Part shown: piece by piece, positions 27,789 through 37,641 of the stretch
How the letters are laid out: each line of letters begins with the position of its first letter
Numbering within the stretch: the stretch's first letter is position 1
Origin: an uncultured Bifidobacteriaceae bacterium
Lineage (GTDB): Bacteria; Bacteroidota; Bacteroidia; UKL13-3
DNA length: 64,000 nt
Direction of reading: 5' to 3'
Assembly (NCBI GenBank): GCA_964535575.1
Contig: CAZHTC010000001.1
Coordinates: forward strand, 657,965-721,964
Made by a program: the position numbers and the translations under genes
The notes under the pieces: generated by a model
The model's database searches: none
Seen by the model: only the letters and a program-made list of their open reading frames with translations
Told to the model about the DNA's origin: nothing

Positions 27789-29753
27789 TTAACAGGCGCG
27801 GCCCAACTTGTAAAGGCTTTTAATAATGATGTTCAGGTCCCGTTCAACCGAATACTCTTTGGCATACATAAAGTTGAGTTTTTCGGTAGTAACTGCATCA
27901 ATATGGGTGTTTTTTAATTCATCGAGGGGTGAGAGAATACCTGATTTTATTTTAGGTAGTTTGGGCTCAGCTCCCGCGTTTGCATAACCCACCCAGGTGC
28001 TTTTTCCGAGTAGCACATGCAGCAGATTTCGTAAATAATGCACCGGATTATTAAATAGAATAAGTACCGGAGAAAAACCTATGAAAAGCAGGCTAAGTAC
28101 AATATCAAGTATCCGTTTGCTTCGTAAGGATTGTTCTTTATTTAAAGATAAACTGATATCAATGGAGTAAAAATCTCCTGGAGCGTCTTTTGAATCGCTG
28201 CCTATTATGAACAGACTTTCCTCGGGAACTATTTTAAAATGCACTTCCTGCTGTCTGATGGATGTCATCCATCCAATAATGCGGTGTGCAGGTAAATTTT
28301 TTGAGCAGAAAATAATTTCATCTACATGAAAAATGCTGATGATTTCATTTAATTCATTCACGTTGCCGAGGTAAAAATTGTTGTTGAGCGGTTTTTCCTC
28401 AATACCCGCAAAGCCCACAAACCTGGTGCGGGCACCCGAGCGTTCCAGTAAACTCAATACCCGGTCGGCTTCTTCTCCATCGCCCACAATAATGGTTTTG
28501 CGGGTATGACTCTCTCCAAAATTTAAACTTTTAAACCGGATAAAATGGATAAGTGTGCGGTAAAAGGTGAGTGCAAAAGCAGCCCATCCTGTTCCCAGTA
28601 AAATAAGTGCGCGGGAGTTGCGCATATTTTCTGGCAGAAAAGCGTACAGAAAAGCAATGACAATGGTACCCGAAAAAATGCCCCTGAGTATTTTTTGAGG
28701 GGTATTTTCTTTGCCATACACCCCGTGCAGGTAGCAGCTGAATAACCAAATGAGGGCATAAGCCGGCACATAATAAATCATGAGCTCGGGGCCATATTCA
28801 CCTCCCTGAACATAGCGGTGGTTTCGCTCCCAGTACTCTTTTATATAATACATTCCGGCTGTAATCAGTGAGGCATCAAGCAGGGGTATGGCAATGGCTT
28901 TTGCAAAACGGGAACACAACGCAAAGGCCGCCCTCAGATAAATGGCAATATGAATAAGAAAACTGAAAGAAGAAGCCAGCGAGCGCGAGTAATGTTTACG
29001 TGCAAAAATGACCATTGCGTTGTAAAACACAAACACGTAGTTTACGCTGGTTTTTTTAGTACTCTCCCCTTTGTAATGGATAATAGTGGTTTCGGGAAAG
29101 TAGTAATTTTTATATCCGGCTTTGGTGATGCGGTACGACAGGTCGATGTCTTCTCCGTACATAAAAAAAGTTTCGTCAAGCAATCCGGTTTCGTCAAGTG
29201 CTTTTTTTCGAAGCATCATAAATGCTCCTGCCAGTACTTCTACGGCATGGGTTTCATTTTCGCTCAGGTAACCCAAATGGTACCTCCCGAATTTGTGCGA
29301 GCGGGGAAACAGTTTTGATAACCCGAATATTTTATAAAAAGCTACTTCCGGGGTAGGTAATCCGCGTTTTGATTCAGGCAAAAAGTTTCCTTTTCCGTCA
29401 ATCATTTTTACACCCACTGCCCCAGCATCGGGGGTGCGGTCCATAAAGGCAATTACTTTTTTAAACGTGTCCTCTTCTACAACCGTATCGGGGTTGAGCA
29501 ACAACACATACTGCCCTTCCGACTGAAGAATAGCCTGATTGTTTGCCTTTGAAAATCCAAGATTTTCCCGGTTGGCAATGAGGTTTACCTCCGGAAATTT
29601 TTGCTGCACCATTTCCACCGAACCATCTACCGAACGGTTATCAACCACCCATACCTCTGCATCAATTCCCGCACATGCCTTGCGTACCGAGTGCAGGGCC
29701 TGTTCCAGGAAATGCTTCACATTATAGTTGACAATAATTACGGAAAGTTTCAT
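27789..29753 (-). CDS. Fusion protein: GT2 glycosyltransferase, polytopic membrane region, degenerate polyprenyl-phosphate sugar-transferase-like C-terminus
   Basis: The ATG at 29753 gives KLSVIIVNYNV...VVDNRSVDGS (GT2). Several TM segments follow, then a Rossmann-like TIIVGDGEEADRVL, then ILDIVLSLLFIGFSPVLILF and a C-terminal Y.KEYS.ERDL.II tail. Confidence 0.7.
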   Translation of the reverse strand: MKLSVIIVNYNVKHFLEQALHSVRKACAGIDAEVWVVDNRSVDGSVEMVQQKFPEVNLIANRENLGFSKANNQAILQSEGQYVLLLNPDTVVEEDTFKKVIAFMDRTPDAGAVGVKMIDGKGNFLPESKRGLPTPEVAFYKIFGLSKLFPRSHKFGRYHLGYLSENETHAVEVLAGAFMMLRKKALDETGLLDETFFMYGEDIDLSYRITKAGYKNYYFPETTIIHYKGESTKKTSVNYVFVFYNAMVIFARKHYSRSLASSFSFLIHIAIYLRAAFALCSRFAKAIAIPLLDASLITAGMYYIKEYWERNHRYVQGGEYGPELMIYYVPAYALIWLFSCYLHGVYGKENTPQKILRGIFSGTIVIAFLYAFLPENMRNSRALILLGTGWAAFALTFYRTLIHFIRFKSLNFGESHTRKTIIVGDGEEADRVLSLLERSGARTRFVGFAGIEEKPLNNNFYLGNVNELNEIISIFHVDEIIFCSKNLPAHRIIGWMTSIRQQEVHFKIVPEESLFIIGSDSKDAPGDFYSIDISLSLNKEQSLRSKRILDIVLSLLFIGFSPVLILFNNPVHYLRNLLHVLLGKSTWVGYANAGAEPKLPKIKSGILSPLDELKNTHIDAVTTEKLNFMYAKEYSVERDLNIIIKSLYKLGRAC

Positions 29754-29796
29754 GGGTGTGTAAAAACAAAAATACAATAAAATAAAGTAAGCTTTG

Positions 29797-30402
29797 TTAT
29801 CCTTTGTAAGGGATGCGGTTTTGTATAGACCGACCCAGAGTTACCTCATCGGCATATTCCAGCTCTCCGCCCACAGATATGCCTCGGGAAATGGTGGTAA
29901 TATGCACCGCCAAATCGCGCAGTTTTTTAGAAAGGTAAAACGTGGTGGTGTCTCCTTCCATGGTGGCACTAAGAGCTACCAGCACTTCTTTTATTCCTTC
30001 TTCTTTAATACGGCTTATTAAATGTTCGATATTTAAAAGTTCGGGACCCACTCCATCCATCGGTGAAATTAATCCACCCAATACAAAGTAAAGTCCATTG
30101 AATTGAGACGTGTTTTCGATAGCCATCACATCGCGCAGGTCTTCCACCACACAAATAATTTCATTGTTTCTGCGGGGGTTATTGCAAATGGAACAAACCT
30201 CCCCGTCAGATACGTTGTGGCAACGGATACAAAATTTTATTTCGCTGCGCAGTTGCTCCATCGCATTTGCCATCCTGCTCACCGATGATACATCCTGTTT
30301 TAGCAGGTAAAGCACCATGCGCAGTGCCGATTTTTTGCCCACTCCCGGAAAACGGGACAATTCATTTACAGCCTGTTCAATTAATTGTGAAGGAAAATTC
30401 AT
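29797..30402 (-). CDS. recR: Recombination protein RecR
   Basis: The ATG at 30402 gives MNFPSQLIEQAVNELSRFPGVGKKSALR. Zinc finger C.RCHN....C.IC. Toprim segment CVVEDLRDVMAIE. The listed ORF extends spuriously to 30516. Confidence 0.9.
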   Translation of the reverse strand: MNFPSQLIEQAVNELSRFPGVGKKSALRMVLYLLKQDVSSVSRMANAMEQLRSEIKFCIRCHNVSDGEVCSICNNPRRNNEIICVVEDLRDVMAIENTSQFNGLYFVLGGLISPMDGVGPELLNIEHLISRIKEEGIKEVLVALSATMEGDTTTFYLSKKLRDLAVHITTISRGISVGGELEYADEVTLGRSIQNRIPYKG

Positions 30403-30520
30403 TGCACAAATATACTGGAGGCCACCACAAAAAAGCCCTTTTTTTGCCGGGGTTTCCAAAACCACAAATAATTGGTTTGTTTTCTTTTGCTTATATTGCC
30501 TGCGGATTCTACCCACTCCT

Positions 30521-32608
30521 ATGCCTTATTGCTGCAAAGCTATACGCCTTTTTTTCGTTGTCAGCTGGTTGATACTCCTTACGGGTGTGTCGTGCAACGA
30601 GCCTGTAAAAAAGAACGATCTGGAATTGCTTAATCTGGTAGCTACCAACGAAACCGTTACTACCCTCGAGGCAATATATGACCGGCATGGGTTGGCTGCT
30701 GCCGAGTATTACCTTGATACCGCCTTTCATGCAAAAGAAAATAAATCCACGTTAAACTTTTACCGCTATTACTATCACAAAGCGTATGCGCTAAATCACT
30801 TTGCCCACGATTACAATGCCGCTTTAGAATATATTTCTATACTGATAGACCGGCTGGAGACAGAAAAAATATTTGATGCGCTTACTGCCGAATCATACTT
30901 TGTAAAAGGCGACACTTATATTCTCCTCAAAAATTTTCCGCAGGCATACCGCTACTATTCCGTTGGGATAAAACTATGTCAGATGATGGATGACAAGGTT
31001 GCCAAAAGCCGGCAGTTTGACCGCTTTGGTTTGGTGCTGTACCGGCAAAAGTATTACAAAGAGGCCCGTAAATATTTTTCAGAAGCTTATGCCGAAATTT
31101 CCAAAGAAGACACCTCCTTTATTCCTGTATTAAAAAAGCAGGAGCTGCTGGATAATATTGCGCTGTGCTATACCAACGAAGGAAGCCTTGACTCGGCTAT
31201 GTTGTTTTACGACAGTGCACTGGCAGAAATAAAAAATTTCGGAAACCGTGAAGACCTTCCCTTAAAAACAAAACGCGGAGCCGAAGGGGTGGTGCTGGGC
31301 AATATGGCTAAGGTTTATTGGCTTAGGGGTGATGCCGAAAAGGCTATTGCGTTGTACAGGCAAAGTATTGTATTAACTCTGAGCAGTATTAAACAAAAAG
31401 AAGATGCCAGCTATTCGCTAATGCATCTGGCAGATATTTACCTTACGCAGCAAAACATTCATGAAGCCGACAAAATCATTGATACGCTGGAGGCAATTGT
31501 AAAAAGTTCACAAAATCAGGGGATGGAGCCTTCTTTCAAAAAGCATATGTTTCGCTTAAAACGCGAATCGGCTATGCTGAAGAAGGATTGGGAAAATGCT
31601 GCAAAATATGCCGATGAACACCTGGAAATTCTGATGGAAGAAGGAGCGGGAAATGAAAAACGCGACTCCGATATCAATGATGTGCTTACCAGTTTTGAAA
31701 AAGAACAACAAATGCTGAATCTGGTAAAGGAAAACCGGTTTAATAAAAACATTAATACCCTTATCGGAGTACTCTTTTTGCTTTCGGTAATTATTGTGTT
31801 TGTGGTGTTTTTCAGCTGGCGAAACGCAAGACACCGTACAGCCGAACTGGAGATCCTTAACAAACGCATTGAAGACCAGAAATTGCAATTAGAAGAGAAT
31901 AATGCCACCCTGCTGGAACTGAATCAGGAGAAGGATAAAATTTTGAGTATTGCCGCTCACGATTTGCGCAACCCCGTATCGGCAGTAAAAAGCATTACCC
32001 AGCTTATTGAAAGTGAAGAGGCAGTTAAAAACAGCCAGGAAGTAAAAACACTATTGGGATTAATGAACAAGGCCAGCGACAGTGCCATGGAATTAATCAA
32101 CGAAATTTTAATTCTTGCCAAGTTAAAATCTGCTGCGGATAATAAAATGGAACCCATAAGCACCAATGATTTTTTAAAGGTAACAACCGACCTGCTGAAA
32201 AGCCGTGCCGATGAAAAAGAAATAGAATTAGTGTTGCTTCCCTCTATGCCCGATGTGGATATTTCCATTGACGAAGAACGTTTCAGGCGTGCTGTGAGTA
32301 ACCTCCTGGTAAATGCCATTAAGTTCAGTTATAAGGGATCGAAAATTTGGATTGGCGCTTCGGTGTTGGCCGACAGAGTGCATATTTACATTAAAGACCA
32401 GGGAATAGGAATTCCCGAAAAAATACGGGGACTGGTATTTGATACATTCAGCGCGGCCAAACGACCCGGCACATCAGATGAGCCCGCTTATGGACTGGGG
32501 CTTTCCATTGTAAAACAAATTGTGGGCGAACATAACGGCTCGATTTGGTTTGACAGCGAGGAAGGAAAAGGAACTACATTCTATATTGCGATTCCGGCCT
32601 GTATGTAG
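30521..32608 (+). CDS. TPR-repeat sensor histidine kinase
   Basis: The ATG at 30521 gives a signal/lipoprotein-like start. TPR-like repeats, a TM segment (LIGVLFLLSVIIVFVVFF), a coiled coil, H-box SIAAHDLRNP, N-box LLVNAIKFS, and G-boxes KDQGIGI and YGLGLSIVK. Confidence 0.8.
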   Translation: MPYCCKAIRLFFVVSWLILLTGVSCNEPVKKNDLELLNLVATNETVTTLEAIYDRHGLAAAEYYLDTAFHAKENKSTLNFYRYYYHKAYALNHFAHDYNAALEYISILIDRLETEKIFDALTAESYFVKGDTYILLKNFPQAYRYYSVGIKLCQMMDDKVAKSRQFDRFGLVLYRQKYYKEARKYFSEAYAEISKEDTSFIPVLKKQELLDNIALCYTNEGSLDSAMLFYDSALAEIKNFGNREDLPLKTKRGAEGVVLGNMAKVYWLRGDAEKAIALYRQSIVLTLSSIKQKEDASYSLMHLADIYLTQQNIHEADKIIDTLEAIVKSSQNQGMEPSFKKHMFRLKRESAMLKKDWENAAKYADEHLEILMEEGAGNEKRDSDINDVLTSFEKEQQMLNLVKENRFNKNINTLIGVLFLLSVIIVFVVFFSWRNARHRTAELEILNKRIEDQKLQLEENNATLLELNQEKDKILSIAAHDLRNPVSAVKSITQLIESEEAVKNSQEVKTLLGLMNKASDSAMELINEILILAKLKSAADNKMEPISTNDFLKVTTDLLKSRADEKEIELVLLPSMPDVDISIDEERFRRAVSNLLVNAIKFSYKGSKIWIGASVLADRVHIYIKDQGIGIPEKIRGLVFDTFSAAKRPGTSDEPAYGLGLSIVKQIVGEHNGSIWFDSEEGKGTTFYIAIPACM

Positions 32609-32610
32609 CG

Positions 32611-33663
32611 CTAACGTGAAAACCAGCGATTGATGCGCACTTCTACATTTGCCCTTATGTCAAGATAAAACAGGTTGTAATCTCCCACATGGTAATTTTT
32701 TATTTTGCCATACCTGCGCACCGTGGCCTCGGGGGCATACACCCATAGAATTCCCATTGCCGGATTTACCTGTGCCTGCACTGTTCCATAATAAGCTTCG
32801 GTTAGGTTTTTATGTGCCCCGCCCTTATGCTCGGCAGCGTTTGTTAGCAAAGTATCCCGTCTCCAGCTTATGGGATTTACACAGGTTATTTTACCCGGTA
32901 CCATTGCAGTAAAACCATCCGAGTATCCGTGCTTATAAGACCTCCATGTAACATAACAATTGGTTTGCTTGGCCGAATCTCCCGGTGGAATATATTTAAA
33001 CTCGGTTTCCCTCACCGGCCACCCTACCAAATAGGCACAAATTAATTTTTGCTGAAGCGGAGTGCCATCAAAAAACTCCTGAATCAGTTTGATGGCATGA
33101 ATGGTTCCCTGACTATGCGAAGCAATAATGATCGGTTTGCCCTGATTAAAGTGTTTCATGTAATATAAAAATGCCGACCGCACATCGGCATAAGCCAGAT
33201 TTAAGGCACTGTCTTTTTTGGGGTTTTCCTTCAGAATAAATGCTTTTAAGTGTGCCTGCCTGTATCGCGGGGCAAATATTCTACATTGGGTATTAAATGC
33301 TGAAGCCTGATTAAATATGGAACCCAAATCGGTTTTGGCATTTAGTTCTGCATCGTCTAAAGAAGCGTTCCAGGGGGCCCGATAAAAATGAGAGGTAAAA
33401 CTGGTGGGGTGAATAAAAAATACATCGACTGACGAATCAATTTTTCCACATGTTACAAAACCCGGAATGGAATCGGAGAAATCCTTTTTCCAGGGGTGTG
33501 CCGCCCAGTCTGAAAGGTTACTGTAATCCGGAGGCCTAAGGCGTACCGGGTGTTTTATCCCACTACCTGCCTGTGCAGGCAACAATGCCGTTAACAGCAA
33601 AAAGAAAAAAACAACTATGCCGGCCTTTTTCAAAATGGTGCAATATCCTTTATGCGGCATCAA
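32611..33663 (-). CDS. Alpha/beta-hydrolase-like secreted protein (DUF3089-like)
   Basis: Signal peptide, and a nucleophile-elbow-like IIASHSQGTIH. The family assignment is from memory of the GHSQG-type motif. Confidence 0.55.
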   Translation of the reverse strand: MMPHKGYCTILKKAGIVVFFFLLLTALLPAQAGSGIKHPVRLRPPDYSNLSDWAAHPWKKDFSDSIPGFVTCGKIDSSVDVFFIHPTSFTSHFYRAPWNASLDDAELNAKTDLGSIFNQASAFNTQCRIFAPRYRQAHLKAFILKENPKKDSALNLAYADVRSAFLYYMKHFNQGKPIIIASHSQGTIHAIKLIQEFFDGTPLQQKLICAYLVGWPVRETEFKYIPPGDSAKQTNCYVTWRSYKHGYSDGFTAMVPGKITCVNPISWRRDTLLTNAAEHKGGAHKNLTEAYYGTVQAQVNPAMGILWVYAPEATVRRYGKIKNYHVGDYNLFYLDIRANVEVRINRWFSR

Positions 33664-33693
33664 ATGTACTTAATTGAACCCGCATGGAACCAA

Positions 33694-33727
33694 TAAAAAA
33701 ACGGGACGAAGTTTAACCCTGTCCCGT
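33694..33727 (-). terminator. Rho-independent terminator downstream of 33753..34700
   Basis: Stem acgggac (33701-33707) / gtcccgt (33721-33727). On the minus strand it is followed by TTTTTTTATT. Confidence 0.6.
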
Positions 33728-33752
33728 TTCAATATTTTTGGTTCCGGCTGCT

Positions 33753-34700
33753 TTATTTCAGCATAATCGTTGATTTAGTCATCAGGCTAAGGTCGTCATA
33801 CAACTCAACCGTGTAATCGCCTTTTTGCAACTGGTCCTGGGTGCGATCCCAGTACACACACATATCTACGCTTTTGTTGTCGTACTGATATTGTTTTTTC
33901 TCACTGTACACTGTGGCTTTATCGCGGTAAATAAATGTATTGCTCACATTCGATGCCATTACTGATTTATCGGGACCGAGCACACGCACGTAAATATTAC
34001 GAGGGCCTTTGTCAACAATAAGGTTTTGTAAAATGGTAAAGCATATTCTGAATTTTTGAGCGCTCTTTGATTTGGTAGTCACCTTTTCTTTACTTCCTTT
34101 TATTGAAACTGCATCTACCTTTATGTTAGCAGCCATCATTTGCGAACCAAGTTTTACTTTCTCGGCCAGAATTCCTTTTTCTTTGGTAGCCGACTCTGCT
34201 TTTAAATTGGCGTCTGTTAACGAAGAGCCTAATTCGGCATTTTTGGTAGCCAGCTCGGCATTTTTAGCTTTCAACTCCTCCATTTGCGTCAGGTAGTTGT
34301 CGCGTTCCTCTTTCAGTTTGGTTATTTCGGCTTTTGCTTTGGTAAAGCTTCCACCGTCACCGCTTCCGCCACGGGCAATAAGCTGACGGATGTAAACAAT
34401 TTTGGTGCGTAATTCTTCATCCTTCACATCTACCAGACTATCCAGTTCACTGTTCTCCTGTTGCAGAGTAAGAAGTTCGGCTTCCAGGCGGTCAACCTCT
34501 CCGGTAAGTGAATCTTTTTCATGTTTCACCATTTCAATGCTGCGCGTGGTTTGCTCCATCTCTTCGGTTTTGCTTTGCAGCTTTTGAAAAAGCACAATGT
34601 TAGAGGCAAATAATGCCACCACCACCACCGATATGATAATTTTCTTTATCGGGTTTGGTTTGTCTTCTAAAAGATGATCAATTTGTTTGTTCGTTGCCAT
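33753..34700 (-). CDS. Hypothetical membrane-anchored coiled-coil protein
   Basis: N-terminal TM (IIISVVVVALFASNIVLF), about 150 aa of heptad-like Glu/Leu/Lys-rich sequence, and a beta-rich C-terminal domain. Confidence 0.5.
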   Translation of the reverse strand: MATNKQIDHLLEDKPNPIKKIIISVVVVALFASNIVLFQKLQSKTEEMEQTTRSIEMVKHEKDSLTGEVDRLEAELLTLQQENSELDSLVDVKDEELRTKIVYIRQLIARGGSGDGGSFTKAKAEITKLKEERDNYLTQMEELKAKNAELATKNAELGSSLTDANLKAESATKEKGILAEKVKLGSQMMAANIKVDAVSIKGSKEKVTTKSKSAQKFRICFTILQNLIVDKGPRNIYVRVLGPDKSVMASNVSNTFIYRDKATVYSEKKQYQYDNKSVDMCVYWDRTQDQLQKGDYTVELYDDLSLMTKSTIMLK

Positions 34701-34777
34701 AAGTAGTAGTAGAATGGAATCGAAAGTAGCGGATTGAATAATATTTTCAAAATTTTGTTTAACAAAAAGAAGTCAAT

Positions 34778-37294
34778 CTATTCGACAACAAGCTTTTGAA
34801 TATGTTGTTCGCCTGTTGCCAGCGAAACGGTTAAAAGATAAATTCCTCTTAATAGATGCCCGATGGCCAATTGGGTTATTGCCCTTTCTGTTTCGGTTTC
34901 CAATACTTTTTTACCGCTGATATCGGTGAGGATAATTTTTTTTACTCCGTCCCATTTGCCCATATCAATGTAAACAACCTGAAAAGCCGGATTGGGATAA
35001 ACCGAAAAGAGTTGAACGGGCGAATAAACCGAACTTGCCAATACAAATACACCTCCATAGGCTGTATCGGTACAGCCATAAACCGAATTATAAGCTATCA
35101 GGGTGACGGTATATAAACGGTTTTGCATTAAGAAGGTATAATTCGGTTGTTTTAAAGATGAAGTATCTATGGGACCATTACCAAAGTTCCACAACCATTG
35201 ATCAAACAGGGTATCGGAGGTGTTTATAAAAGTTACCTGAAGCGGAGCCTTGCCGCTTGTTGCCGAAGGACTAAAAGAAGCCATTCCGTATAGGATATCA
35301 ACGGAAAACGTATCGGTAGCAGTACAGGAGTTGTTGTCGGAAACGGTATAAAGAACAGGATATTTTCCAGGTGGTTGATTTGCACTGAACAGATTTCCAT
35401 TCATGGGTATTCCGGTTAACGACCGCCAACCTCCTCCTGATGGAGCAGCGTGTAAAGGAACCCATTTCAACGCATGACACAACACCGTATCCGGATTAAC
35501 TTGTAGGGTGGGTGCAGGATGAATGGTCATGTGCATTGTATCGGATTTGAGAAGAGGGGCACAACCAAAAGTATCGGCACCAATGGAGTAAACAAACACA
35601 TAATTTCCCGGAGCCGTTCCATAAAAAGTATCGTTTTGTAAAACGGCACCACTCCATAACCCACCCGCAGGAGACCCTGCCATTTTTACTGCTTTATTCA
35701 AACACAACGAAGTGTCGTTTCCCGCAAAAGCCACGGTCGAAAAATCGCATGCCACAATGGTATCGTAAAAAGTAGCCACTCCCGTTAACCCGCTTTGAAT
35801 GGTGGAGCACACTACATATTTTCCGTTTTGCGTAAAATGGTGGTTAACGGGGTTGCCGGTATAGTTTACACTATTGCTTGTATCAAAAACACCATAGCGG
35901 TTAAGCGAAAGTTTCCAGCTGATGGATGGGTTGGTTACTTCGCTCAGGTAATCCATGCGGATAGTATAATTTCCGTTTCCGTTAGATATAATGCTGCGCG
36001 GAAAATAAGCCGGACCCACTGTAACAAGTTGGTTTCTCGAAATACGGTTTCTTATGGGGCAGGCTTTGTCCGTAAGGGTCAATGCAAAAAAGTAAGGTTC
36101 TTGGCGGTACTGGTTGATGGTGGGTGTCCAGCAAATAAAAGCGGTATCAGACTTTAATACACTTCCGTTTTGATTGGCCGAGGCAAAAGAGGCTCCGGGC
36201 AATCCGTTGTTCCAGGTAATGGTAGTGGTGTCTCCTGCGGCTGTATCTGCTGCTATTACATGGAAACATATACGCTGCCCAACGGTAACATAGAAATATT
36301 TTTCGGAGTTGCTGTTGCATTCGGGATCGGGAGGGAAAGGGACATAGCACCAGGGAGCAGTAAACATTCTTGTTAATCCAAAGGCCGGGAATAAGTTAGG
36401 CGGATAGGAATTGGTGAAAAAAGTAAAATCTCTGATAACACTCGACACTTTTATCATGGTTCCATTCACATTGCGCCATTCGTTTATCCTGTAATTAACG
36501 GTAGGATTTTGCCCGCCCATTGGGGTGAAGTCAAAATTATCAAGTGCTTCATTATAGTGCATCCCTGCGGGGCAAGGAAGGTTAAGATCTGGGAATCCCA
36601 GAAAATTGAACAAAATTGTTAAGTCTACCCTGAAACCATTAATGTAAGAAATTTTATTATTGGCATCATACATTGGTTGTGTCAATTCATATACCACTGA
36701 GTCCCCTTCCTGTTCTATAATTCCATTCGTATATTGGAACTTACCAGCACTACTTCTCATAGTAAAAAACGGTTTATTAAAAAATATTACCGACTTATTC
36801 AGCACGCACCTGTTCAGCGTGGTTTCAATATAAAAAGGGTAACCCGCGGCAATATTGGTGGTATAAGTACGGCTGCTGTGGGTATAGCTAATGCGTAGGT
36901 TACAACAGGCGGCAGCAAGTCCTCCACTAAACACTTGTTGCAGGTTAAACGTATCTATATACTCGTGCGCTTGTATGCCCGGGCTGAAGGATCCCCCATC
37001 GCATACACTGGTAACGGAGCCACAAAGCAAATCAGCCGATGAAATAGTTCTGCGTTTTATAAAAGCCGTGTCGTTTTTATTGGTGGCGCAGCCTGTGGTG
37101 GTAAAAACAATTTTTTGAATGCTGTCCAACTGTGTTTGCGAGCAATCGCGGTATAAAACCATTCTGACTATAACCGAGTCGGCTGTAAGGTTTTGGTATG
37201 TTATTTCGCCTCCCAAAATACTGCCAGCCAGCCCTACCGATGTAGTAAAACAATAGATAAGCAGAAAAAATCCCTTTTTCAAAACAGTGTTCAT
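34778..37294 (-). CDS. Large secreted protein with T9SS type-A C-terminal sorting domain
   Basis: Signal peptide. PKD-like segment WNFGNGP. C-terminus VYPNPA..VVYIDM...DISGKKV....LLRGIYLLTVS...QKLVVE. Confidence 0.7.
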   Translation of the reverse strand: MNTVLKKGFFLLIYCFTTSVGLAGSILGGEITYQNLTADSVIVRMVLYRDCSQTQLDSIQKIVFTTTGCATNKNDTAFIKRRTISSADLLCGSVTSVCDGGSFSPGIQAHEYIDTFNLQQVFSGGLAAACCNLRISYTHSSRTYTTNIAAGYPFYIETTLNRCVLNKSVIFFNKPFFTMRSSAGKFQYTNGIIEQEGDSVVYELTQPMYDANNKISYINGFRVDLTILFNFLGFPDLNLPCPAGMHYNEALDNFDFTPMGGQNPTVNYRINEWRNVNGTMIKVSSVIRDFTFFTNSYPPNLFPAFGLTRMFTAPWCYVPFPPDPECNSNSEKYFYVTVGQRICFHVIAADTAAGDTTTITWNNGLPGASFASANQNGSVLKSDTAFICWTPTINQYRQEPYFFALTLTDKACPIRNRISRNQLVTVGPAYFPRSIISNGNGNYTIRMDYLSEVTNPSISWKLSLNRYGVFDTSNSVNYTGNPVNHHFTQNGKYVVCSTIQSGLTGVATFYDTIVACDFSTVAFAGNDTSLCLNKAVKMAGSPAGGLWSGAVLQNDTFYGTAPGNYVFVYSIGADTFGCAPLLKSDTMHMTIHPAPTLQVNPDTVLCHALKWVPLHAAPSGGGWRSLTGIPMNGNLFSANQPPGKYPVLYTVSDNNSCTATDTFSVDILYGMASFSPSATSGKAPLQVTFINTSDTLFDQWLWNFGNGPIDTSSLKQPNYTFLMQNRLYTVTLIAYNSVYGCTDTAYGGVFVLASSVYSPVQLFSVYPNPAFQVVYIDMGKWDGVKKIILTDISGKKVLETETERAITQLAIGHLLRGIYLLTVSLATGEQHIQKLVVE

Positions 37295-37335
37295 TAGTTA
37301 ATTGACGTTTGCTTTCACGTTGGTTGCGCAGGTAT

Positions 37336-37542
37336 CTATTCCTGCTTTTTTCCTGTACTCACCTTAAACAAAGCATACAACGGGCAAAAGTTTATAAGAG
37401 TAGTGAGCAAAAGAACAGCTGCCAAACTCATTAAAACGGTAGCCAACGTTCCTCCTATGGTTCCCATAAAATTTAAAACCACTACTACGGCTGCTGCTAA
37501 AACCCGCAGTATTTTATCCAACTCGCTCATGTTCTTTTTCAT
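37336..37542 (-). CDS. Small two-TM membrane protein (DUF2892/YgaP-like)
   Basis: 68 aa. R.LAAAVVVVLNF....LLLTTLINFCPLYALF pattern. Confidence 0.65.
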   Translation of the reverse strand: MKKNMSELDKILRVLAAAVVVVLNFMGTIGGTLATVLMSLAAVLLLTTLINFCPLYALFKVSTGKKQE

Positions 37543-37641
37543 GTGTCTTGCTTTTCAACAATCAAAGATAGTGGAATTTGTGAGACAGAGTAAGACCTGT
37601 AACCGCTTTTTTACTATTTTGCAGGCCGTTAATCACCATCC

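Noticed and set aside
30317-30520. N-terminal extensions of the histidine kinase ORF (30317) and the recR ORF (to 30516), which overlap each other
   Set aside because: The internal ATGs at 30521 and 30402 give canonical N-termini (a signal-like sequence and the RecR MNFPSQLIEQ start). The extensions overlap the divergent partner gene and its promoter region.
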